DNA from: Amoebidium appalachense
Taxonomy: Eukaryota; Protista; Ichthyosporea
Assembly (NCBI GenBank): GCA_963693365.1
Contig: CAVNZM010000004.1
Coordinates: forward strand, 9,142,468 to 9,206,467
Length of the DNA: 64,000 nt
Direction: 5' to 3'
The notes under the pieces were generated by a model. That model was not told the origin of the DNA, did not search any database, and saw nothing but the letters and a program-made list of their open reading frames with translations. Of the stretch, positions 30,227 through 64,000 are shown one piece after another. The first letter of the stretch is position 1. Every line of letters begins with the position of its first letter. Position numbers and translations under genes: made by a program.

Positions 30227-31345
30227 GGAGGGGAGGGGGTAAGCTGAGAGGGGGTAGCTTTATTGTCCAAGTCTGCATGCTCGCATGCTTTCCCAAGGGA
30301 ATCGGGATTTCACCACTGCAAATGTAAAAATTAAAAACGTTACCTGCAGCTTTTTCATTCACAACTGCTGCCCGCAGCTGCAGCATACCACTGTTCTGCC
30401 AAGTTCATCCGGGCCCGGCCACACACTATTAGCCAAAAGATGAGGGCCAGGGCCGCCCAGAGTGCTGGGAAGAACTGAATGGGGCATCGATGCATGGAAC
30501 CTGAATATCCCGGCTTTTCAGCCCAGTTTTTTTTTATTCCATCATTCGTGTTTTCAGATTTAACAGGCTTAATTAAAGCCATGATCAATCAGATGATAAG
30601 CGTACATGGAGTATAGGTAGGGCCCCCTTTCGTAAAAACGATTTTTTGAATTTCCTTATATGGTTAATCCGATCGTATCGTCGAATCATCTTCTTAGTCA
30701 TGTACAGAACAATACATGAAACCAAAGGTTCATTTTAGTCACCTAAACCTAACCTACAATAGAAAGGGGGAAAAAGAAAAGGGCGGGGGGGGGGGGGGAG
30801 AGGGGGAAGGTACGGTTGCAGAACTTGCACTAGAAACCTAGAAGCTCCCACCCAAACCAACTCAGTCGAACCGAAAATCCGCAAAAGCTGAGCCCATATG
30901 GATCCGAGGTATTTATTGGATTCCTGATATAACACCTCTTGTACACTATTACAAAACACATTGCAATGCCATGACCCAAAACCGGTTATAGCTCCGTCAA
31001 CATGACAACTCTTTCTCACCATGACAAGCGTCTCAGTTGATAAAAAAATTATTATACATGTCGGGTTTCTTGTACAACTATACTAAAATACAACTGGAAC
31101 CACATTTCATTGACGAAAAAGCTTCCCCAATAACACTGTGTAATACCCCACCCAATCGTACGGATCCCATTACTGCATGATCATTCGCTTTGTATGTGCG
31201 CATACAAGGATGGGTTAAACCGTTATGTTCAAGCGAAAATGGTTAACGAAATGCTCACTATCTGTCGGCATGAAAGCCTTGAATCTTTGATTTGTACAAA
31301 AAGCACAACCTGAACTCCTATGCCTACATCCAATAACCCCCCCCC

Positions 31346-31419
<74 letters not shown>

Positions 31420-31666
31420 CCCCCCCTCCCCCACCACCACCCAAAAAAAAAAAAAAAAAAAAAAAAAAAAGGTGTTCGGTGCATACACCTACGTGCATAT
31501 TCGTAAGCTTGAGATGATCGTGTGGGCATGCATCCACCTTTCTCCTCGTAGAACGTTTCACCGTTCCATGCACAAACGAAAAATCATGCCAACACGCCAG
31601 GAAGTACAATGCGAAGTCGCATGGTATCCCGGAGTAACCTTTTCGCATATTTGAATCGGTGGCAGG

Positions 31667-41848
<10,182 letters not shown>

Positions 41849-42223
41849 GTCGAGAGGGCCGTCCAAGGCTGCGTGCATAAGTTTTAAAAACTATAAAGGC
41901 AACATGCAAGCTTGGAAAGAGTTTGTCGCCAATTGGCCCACCGAGACCTCAAATTTAACACAAGTAGCTATGTTGAGGGGAAAGAAGAGAGGGAAAGTGG
42001 GTGTGTATGTGTTGGTGGGGGTGGGGGGAGAGGGAAACAGAGTACGACGGAGGACAAAGAAAAAGGAAGGCAAAAAAACGCTGAACTCAATCCTGAACCA
42101 AGAACTTAGTATCAAACAGACGACAGCCTTGCAGCTGTCCACTTCCCCTCAACTCACCCCGTTGGTTCCCCTGCTGCCCTGCTTCCTGTGCTGCCCCTGC
42201 CCCTCCCCCCCCCCCCCCCCCCC

Positions 42224-42257
<34 letters not shown>

Positions 42258-43273
42258 TTCCGGCCCCCTCCCCGACCCACCACTACTACCCCCCCGCCGC
42301 TGCCACCGGCCCTAGCTGCTCTTCCTCATCTCTGAGCCTTAAGACATGATTGTTATTACGATGAGCTGGGTAGACTTGTGCTAAAAGCCAAGATTGACCA
42401 AACACTTAAAAAGGAAGAACTTCAATTACGCATTTCGGTGCTCACTAGTGCCATAGCAGACTTACCTTAACGGCTCTGCTCAGTTTTTGAGGCACAAATC
42501 CTTTGCACACCCAGGGCTGCAGTCTGATCTGATGGAGAGGACGCCTCGCGGGCAAAGATCAAAGCAGTGATCGCAGACAGGTAAGTGATGAACCCCCTTT
42601 TTAGAAATAAGTTGTTAAACCTAAAAGCTTGGACCATATATTGATTGGGTAGCTAAGATGTGAACTTGTCCTCAACGGCTTTCATTGAATAGTGTCACTT
42701 GCAAACATGAAACCTCTCTTACAGCAGGCACCCAAAAGAACTGCTTATTCGTGTGCTGAACTAGTCAGATATTCCGAACTCTAAACAGCTGAGCTGCCTG
42801 TAAATTGAACCACAAGTTTTGCAAAGCTCTAAGCTCCCAAAGCGGCATACCCCATACAACTTTGCTCATAATGCATCTATGCCCCAAACATGGAATACAG
42901 CATTGTTGTAGACCGTGCGTGACTTTGATTTGCCAAGTAGCGGCTTTACTGTGGTGAGTCTGAGGCGACTCGAGTTGTGTACACACAAGCTACGTCATCG
43001 AAGTATTTGATTGGCTCTTGACGGTATCGCAAGAACAACCTACACTCCTAAATGGGGGGTGCTAAAGCAACATCAGCGTTTAAAAACAGTTGAATACCTA
43101 CAGTGCAGGCTGATTTCTCTACTTTTGGATTGGTGCAATATTTAATATTAGCAATATTGTATTTTACAGATGTCTAAACAAATTATTTTTGATTTCATTT
43201 ATTTAAGTTCCTCATAGTTAGCAAGTCTGACTAACAGACTAAGCCTTCATAACATTTCATAACCCCTCCTAGG

Positions 43274-44598
43274 GTGTTTGGGGGGAATATAGTGAGCAGC
43301 GAGCCAGCTACAGCAAGAAGCTGCCCAAGCCGGCACTTGTTCGGTGCTGAGTACTGGCACGAGCCGCTATCGATATCAGATGTGCAGGCCACCTACGCTG
43401 CCCTTGATGCATATGCGTCCCTGCAGGTCTACTCGGCCGTGGTCGATAGGCCAAACCTGTCAGGTCACATCCCACCTGCTTTTTGCCCCAGTGCTTATGT
43501 GCTTATGCCAGATATAGAAAGATTGTGGGCCCCTCAGAGGAGAGGGGGAGGGGGGGAGGGGGGGGGAGGGGGGGGGGGGGGGGGGGGGGGGTGGCTGACC
43601 ACATGGGCCAGTGTTCCAGTTGTGTTATGCTGGGTGTTGGGTGGTCAAAGGAGGGGGGCAGCCTGATTGGTGGCGGTGGTGGTGGTGGTGTGTGTGTGTG
43701 TGTGTGTGTGTGGGGGGGGGGGGGGCTATAGCACTGTTAACACTTGCAAGCGCCACACAAGCTGGGCACTGGGAGAGGGGGGGGGGGGGGGGGGGGGGGG
43801 GGCAGGGAGAAAGGGAGGGGGGGGGGGGGGGGGGGGAGGGGGTTGCTAAGGAATTTGCATTTGATATTTGTGGAGCGAAGAGAAAAACGTTGGTGTTGTG
43901 GCTTTTTGGCTGAGTTTTTTGCTTCCCTCTATGACATGCAGCGCGGCTTCATGCAAAGGCACTCGGGGAAGGGGTTGAGATTGTGCCCAGGCGGCGCCCA
44001 CATGCTGCAGCAGCCACCGGGGTGGTGCTGGCTGTGCAGCCGGAGCGCTGGGGGGGCATGAAGGTGGGCAAGAAGCATGCAGTGGTGCGGGTGGATCAGG
44101 TGCTGTCGCCGGCCATGCAGGTGCCCTTTGGCCCCGACAAGGGCAAGACCCTGGGCGAGCTAGGCCCGCCGCCCTTTGAGCTGATGGTGCACCTGCAGTG
44201 GCTACGGCCCTTTCAGCCACCACCGGACCCAGGTGCCGATGTGCCGGTGGTCCCTGACCCAGCCCCTCCCCCTGCCAGTCCTCCCCCTGCCGAGCAGCAG
44301 CAACCCCTTGCCGGCCCACACGCTTCCCCCCAGGACCCCCAGGCAGCCCCCGGGGGCCTTGAGGCAGCCCCAGGGGGCCCCAAGGCAGCTCCCAGAGAGG
44401 GCATGTTGGGCCAGGCACCGCCTGGGGAGGTGGTGTGGCAGACTGTGCTGAATGACGCCTTCCACTCCACTGCAAACACGGCGGACGGCACGTACAAGTC
44501 ACACCCCCGCAGGGCTGAGTACGCACGCGCACTCAGCGAGGCAATATTTGTGTGGAATGAAGAGGATTACGGACATGTGAAGGTGCCCCCCCCCCCCC

Positions 44599-44636
<38 letters not shown>

Positions 44637-45274
44637 ACAACAACAACATGCGTGACGCGCTCACACACATACACTCTTTAGCACACACTCACCATTTCCA
44701 CCCACAACATACACCCTCGACAAAACTTAAGAGTCTGAGGGAAGAGAGAGCCTGAGCCTGAGAGAGGGGGGGCAAGGGGGGGGGGGAGGGGGGGAGGGGA
44801 GGGGGGGGGAGGAGGAGAGTGGGGGTTATTCATATGCCTAGAGAGAAATAATGTAGGGTTGTGGGGGGAAACAGCCACATGCATTTTTTACTTGTGTTGG
44901 GGGAGAAGATGGGGGGGGTGGAGGGGAGGGGTCCTACAATAACGGCAGCTATCAAACATCCAGGCCCGCACCACCCACATGGCTGGCCCCCACCGTGGGG
45001 CATCATGCCGCCTCAGCCCGGCCCTGCCTTCCCCATGCCTGGGCCACTGCCGCAGCACGGTCCCCATCCTTACTTGGGCCATGTGGGCCAGCCCTCGGCT
45101 GCTGGGCAGTTCCCTCCCCCTTCTCGTGCATCTGCTGTCCTGGGCCTGCCGTTGCCACCTGCTGGAGAGACGCAGCTGCAATGGCACGATCGAAAGCAAA
45201 GTAATCGTGGCCGCAAGTCTGGAGGCAGCCAATCAGGATCTCAGAGAAGTCAGAGTAGGCAAACTATTGTCTAA
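43274..45274 (+). mobile_element. Probable Dada-superfamily transposase fragment (DEDDy exonuclease tail + DxxH motif), spliced or internally deleted
   Basis: YWHEPLSISDVQATYAALDAYASLQVY (ExoIII motif of WRN/EXD-type DEDDy 3'-5' exonucleases) is followed by TVLNDAFH...HPRRAEYARALSEAIFVWNEED (DxxH at 44454-44465) and a Pro-rich terminal segment. Confidence 0.55.
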
Positions 45275-45692
45275 TATTGGAATGTACACCAATGTAACGG
45301 ATCTCATATGTGTTGTAGCGCTTCAAGTTATACCTGTTCTTCGTACAGTCATGTTTTGGGGGGGGGGGGGGGGGGGGGGGAGGGGGCTAGCTTTCATTCC
45401 GAAGTTTACTGTTAAGAATTAAAAATCTGAGTAACTTACAGAGCCATTGCACTTTTCTCTGTTTGTTAGTAATTCTTTGTGATCGAGAGTATAGTGTGTT
45501 AGACTACTGGTGTTAATGTGTCCTGGAAGGTGTATAATGTCTGCTGGCCGCAGTCAGTATTTGTTTTTAGGTATATATATTTATAAATGTTGGCCGCTGG
45601 CCAATAAATAGCAAGTAATAAACACACGATAAAGTCAACAGTGTGCCAAAAAACTAATCCCCAGCGAGCGCACCCAGTGATGTGTGTGTGTG

Positions 45693-45723
<31 letters not shown>

Positions 45724-45725
45724 TT

Positions 45726-45820
<95 letters not shown>

Positions 45821-45833
45821 CGCGCGTGCGTGC

Positions 45834-45866
<33 letters not shown>

Positions 45867-46398
45867 GTGTGGTGTGTGCACGGCTTGTACATCATCGTGT
45901 TCATGTGCACCTGTGTCGGACCGAGGAAGTACATGAAAGTAAATTTTGACAGTATCTGCTGGTGTGTATGTGTATGTGTGCCAGTGCAGCAGGTGCGCCT
46001 TGTAACTGATAGCTTCGCTTTTTAACGTGTGTGTGTATATAGTTACGGTACACGGTAGACACTTGCTGATCATTCGGATCGACATTAATATTTAATCTGT
46101 CGGTCCGCGGTTTTTTGAGTGAATGATGATCAGAGTGTAAGCATTCACTTAGCAAGTATTAATGCTGCAGAGGCTAGCTGCAGCTGCAAGCGTCGGATGC
46201 ACACTGACAATTGTCTTTTCAGCGAGTCTAACCTGCAGGCTGCAGCTGCACACATACAGGGTTGTTATCTTGCCCACTGAACTCGCCTATTTTCTCTTTT
46301 TCGTGTATGACCCTGCTTTTTTGTGCAGCGTGAAATCACTGCCTTTTTGGCCTCCCGGTAGTGGATTTTGCTACCACCTACTGAGGCGGTGTCTCCTT

Positions 46399-46433
<35 letters not shown>

Positions 46434-47112
46434 TTAAAAGGGACCGACCGCCTGAGTAGAGGTAAAAACGTCGCACGTGCGGCAACACGTCAGTACGTGT
46501 TAGTGGATTTTGCAGGATTTGACCGGTTATAGTCCTTTGAGCGACTGTCTCCCTGCGGCCGGGCTCAACATACCTTGTTTGTTGCCGCAGGCGACAGTCA
46601 CTAGACAAAGTTTCTGATTGCGCAAACAAATTATTTAAATTTACAGCACATGATTGGTTCAAAGTCGCATTAATAGTTTAATAGGAATTAAGGAAGCGTT
46701 GCTATTGTGTAACAACAATTTAGGTAAGTGTTCCTATTGCCCAACAGAAAATACAGCATTCCTATTGGACCTACAAGATAACCAAGCGTTTCGATTGCCC
46801 AACAGGAATTCATAGACCCAACCGGAGACGTCCCGCGGCGTAGTAGTGCTATTTCTATATCGTTTTCCTGAGTTCAGTTCGTTACTATGATATACTATTT
46901 ATACTGGGGGGGGGGGGAGTGCTAATATATCAGTTTCTCATTTCAATAACAAGTCATTAGAAGAAAGAACCATTCTTCTTGCTTGCAGGCCAACCAACCA
47001 GCCTGACAACTATGCTTTCGAGCTGCTGAAAAGTTAAAGCAAGTTTGGAGGGCTTCAAACCCACATAGCAACAGGCTTCCTTCTATCTCTTCCGCCCACG
47101 GCCAAAGCTACG

Positions 47113-60671
<13,559 letters not shown>

Positions 60672-61555
60672 GCACATACACCCCCACGGCTATAATCTAA
60701 TTTAAAAAACATATAAACTTTAACTAGGTTGCTTTAGCTTGAAGGGCCATAAGGGCAAACATGCTTCTGCTATAGCAAAACGCGGCAATAAGGATCACAG
60801 TCATTTCAAACCCTTTTGTTGTCCACACTTCGTGTTTATTCTTGTGAGTAATGCTCATGAATTTGAAACTCTACTCGACAGTTTGTATAGTAATCCGAGC
60901 AGTATGTACTCTGAAAAGAAAGCGTGATAATCATGTCAGAATCCGCCCTTTTACTGTGTACCTTCCTACCTTCAATTTTTGAGTATGGATTCGAATGCGA
61001 CACAAGAAACATTATACTAGACTAGGCGGGACAGGCTAACTTGTTGTCGTGTACACCTGGAAAATTTTGCTGGACTTTTGGTAAGAACATACTAGTAGTA
61101 CGTATATTCCTACTTTTTTGTCGTTTTATAAAAAGCTCTCTGGCGTTCCCTCGAAAGTAAATCCATAGCTAACCCGTTCTGATATAAACCGCACTAATTT
61201 ACTGTGTATCCGAGTCAATTGCCTTCTGAGCCAACAATAAATACTATCACATTCAACACTTGACACAAACCGTGTAACCCGGCCACCATCGCCATCCAAA
61301 TGATTGTCAGGCTACTTAGACTAGTTTTAGTCACACACGCATGTAGCAACCGCTGGGCCAGGCGCTGTAAGATTATAAGTTACGGAATTTCCTAAATGAT
61401 CCTTTCAAAAGAAGCTTACAACTGAGTATCACATGATAATACTTGGTAGAACCCCCCCCCTCCTCCCCCCCCCCCCCCCCCCCCGCGCCCCTCCCCCCGG
61501 CCCCCCCCCCCCCCCCATCTCTCTCTCTCTCTGTCTCTCTCTCTCTCTCTCCCCC

Positions 61556-61596
<41 letters not shown>

Positions 61597-61727
61597 TTCA
61601 CGAGGCCATTAAAATTTTGAAAAGGGGCTATTCTTAGAGTTCGAACCCACCAGCTGAAGTAGCCCTCTGGGGATCCGGGATTCCGGAGCTCCGGTGGGGA
61701 GGGGCCGGAGGAGGTGGGGGAAGCCTT

Positions 61728-61802
<75 letters not shown>

Positions 61803-62180
61803 CTGAGATACATCGCTATATTGTTGAATTTCGAAGTTTTAATGAATAGAAACGGACGTTTTGCACTTCAATGGTGGGGTTTTTGCTTGTTTTGGGCTCT
61901 TTTTCGAGCTCTCCTTTGGGTATCTCATGAAGTTCGCCGAAATGAACGGTATCCGAATCCGATCTCAATCACGGAGATTTCGATTACGCCGATTTGGAGA
62001 CCGATGTTTACATTTCGAATATGGAATTCGGCTGTTAGCGGGCACGGTGTAGCCTACACCGTTCACTTCGCCACATGTACACAAACTTACACGAAATCAA
62101 GTGTTTTCATACTCTGGCACACTCTTACATTCTCAGGTGTAGCACACAGCAACTGTACGCATAGGCGTGTGGTTGTTCAG

Positions 62181-64000
62181 ATGCACGCAAAGGTGTCTTG
62201 CAGATGGGGCCGCCGCCGCTTTCTCCTTATCCTATTCCCCGTGGTTTTGTACTTCCTTCTTCGCACCACACACTTCAAACACAACACTTACCAGCTAGCA
62301 CTAAGGCCACATGACGCTAGATGTGAGGGATTTTCATGCAGCAATTGTGATCCTCAACCACACACCTATTTGAAGTGTATAGATGGTGTTTGGCGAAAAG
62401 ACTGCACGATAGCAGACCTGTGCACCTCTGGAGATGCACCCTTTCCCAACCAAACCACATACCCAAAAAAGGAGGATTTCGAAGCATTTGCACCCTACGG
62501 GCCACTTGTAGGGAGAAATGCAGCCTCTCCCTCACATGAGAACTCGAAGTTGGCCGTGGTGTTCGTCGTGGACGGATCTAACGTTCGTGATGCAGTTGAA
62601 TCTGTAAGGAAATGGGGGCAGGATGGGAGTCGGCCGTGTGAAATCGGGCAGCAGAGGCAACAAGCGGAGTTGGTGTTTTTCGGAGAGGCAAAACATGCGC
62701 AAAGAGCCTACCAGGAGTATGCCCAGGTAGATGGATTATCCTCCTGTTTCACACGTGTACAACTTCTAAGCGAAAAACGCTCTTCAATTCCCACATTACT
62801 GCAGCTGTTTGAGGTGCACGGGACGAATGGTTTCAAGCCGGATTTCGTTTTCATATTGGACCCTTCAGTCACCCCGGTTCGGAACGGCTGGCTAAAGAAG
62901 GTTAAGGAGGAAACACACGATGCCTCCTACTATTGGGTTAAGGGGACCATAAGACACCATGACAACACGCGGGAACTCAGATACTCGCACATTGGCAGTT
63001 ACGACCACACGTTTTTCGCGTTGCACCCGGCTGCAATTTACAACTTCTGGGATCCATATTTTCGTAATTTTACCGAACAAATCCATCAGAAGGAAAAGTG
63101 GTCGGGGCCATGGTTTGCAAGTAGGCAGCAGAGAGACGTGTGGTTTAGCGGCCAAATAGCGGAGTATGTTTGGGGAAACCATAATCACGTAAAGCTTTTC
63201 TTGAATTTTTTCGTCTATAGCAACTTTCTACTCAACGAACCACGGCCTTTTCTTCGCCACGCACTATCGCCAAACACGTTTTTTGTGGTCAACCTTATGC
63301 TTGAGTCTGAGTGCAGCACGGGCACTAGCCCATCGGGCAAGGTCTGTGATTTCCAAATGTCGTATTCCGAAAACAAAAACCCCGGAATCACGAAAGAAAA
63401 CCGGAGACCTACGGAGCCACGACTAGCCATCGTTATGCCATACACAACCAAGCAAGTGACTTTCGCCGTTCTAGCCGTCGGTTTTTGGCACAAGAAGTGG
63501 CCATGTAGCGAAAAAACGAAAGGAAAACCGGATTTAATTCTCCAGGGGCCCTCCGTGATGAATAATCGTTTGCTGGGCACCATCACGCGTTTTGCCCCCG
63601 TTTCGCAGTGTTTTCGTCGCGTTTTTTGGCGAAACAGCACCCTTCCCCCCGAAATTGACACGTACGAGTATGGCCCCCCTGTGCTGTTTTTCGATATGAT
63701 GTCGTCTGATTTAAGGCACGAATATGACTATGTGTATATGATGGAGCCCGACACGAGCCCCTTAACCGGACAGTGGCTGGATAGGGTATATGCGGAGCTG
63801 GAGGATTCAAGTCCATTTTGGGTTAAGGGTAACATCGGCGTGCATTTTGACGAGTCAGACGCCGTTGGGGGGACCTATTTTATGGGAAAACCCGGAGAGC
63901 CCTTACCGTTTCAGCCGATCGGGCCGCGTATTTTGCATATTAATGGTAATGGTATATACAATTTATGGGATGATGAATTTGCTCTGTTTTTACAGAATTT
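62181..64000 (+). CDS. Intronless type II membrane protein with two tandem glycosyltransferase-like domains; 3'-partial
   Basis: Open from ATG 62181 to the window end by manual translation (absent from the track because there is no stop). N-terminal RRRFLLILFPVVLYFLL anchor. Repeat 1 DFVFILDPSVTPVRNGWL..YWVKG..AAIYNFWD; repeat 2 DYVYMMEPDTSPLTGQWL..FWVKG..HINGNGIYNLWD. Confidence 0.85.
   Translation, partial: MHAKVSCRWGRRRFLLILFPVVLYFLLRTTHFKHNTYQLALRPHDARCEGFSCSNCDPQPHTYLKCIDGVWRKDCTIADLCTSGDAPFPNQTTYPKKEDFEAFAPYGPLVGRNAASPSHENSKLAVVFVVDGSNVRDAVESVRKWGQDGSRPCEIGQQRQQAELVFFGEAKHAQRAYQEYAQVDGLSSCFTRVQLLSEKRSSIPTLLQLFEVHGTNGFKPDFVFILDPSVTPVRNGWLKKVKEETHDASYYWVKGTIRHHDNTRELRYSHIGSYDHTFFALHPAAIYNFWDPYFRNFTEQIHQKEKWSGPWFASRQQRDVWFSGQIAEYVWGNHNHVKLFLNFFVYSNFLLNEPRPFLRHALSPNTFFVVNLMLESECSTGTSPSGKVCDFQMSYSENKNPGITKENRRPTEPRLAIVMPYTTKQVTFAVLAVGFWHKKWPCSEKTKGKPDLILQGPSVMNNRLLGTITRFAPVSQCFRRVFWRNSTLPPEIDTYEYGPPVLFFDMMSSDLRHEYDYVYMMEPDTSPLTGQWLDRVYAELEDSSPFWVKGNIGVHFDESDAVGGTYFMGKPGEPLPFQPIGPRILHINGNGIYNLWDDEFALFLQN

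Overview
Intron-rich eukaryotic DNA (organism not identifiable from this window) with introns and intergenic spaces full of poly-C/poly-G, (CA)n and (GA)n tracts. Most ORFs in the supplied track are low-complexity artefacts. Exons assembled by hand give four spliced genes: a GT-A/GT2-like glycosyltransferase with an internally repeated module (+, 5'-partial), a poly-Q single-pass membrane protein (+), a purple acid phosphatase (-) and a Vps33-like Sec1/Munc18 protein (+). A long intronless ORF missed by the track runs off the right edge. Mobile DNA includes an intact APE+RT non-LTR retrotransposon with a 5'-truncated second copy, a CCC..GGG-ended non-autonomous DNA transposon and a probable Dada transposase fragment. 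The most interesting signal is a non-coding ~450-bp element, present four times, always ending at a poly-C tract and usually as a 5'-truncated partial tandem (Penelope/retrozyme-like). It carries all hammerhead ribozyme core motifs in a non-circularly permuted, pseudoknotted order, and a divergent copy shows compensatory base changes. All RNA structures were folded by eye and none has been tested.
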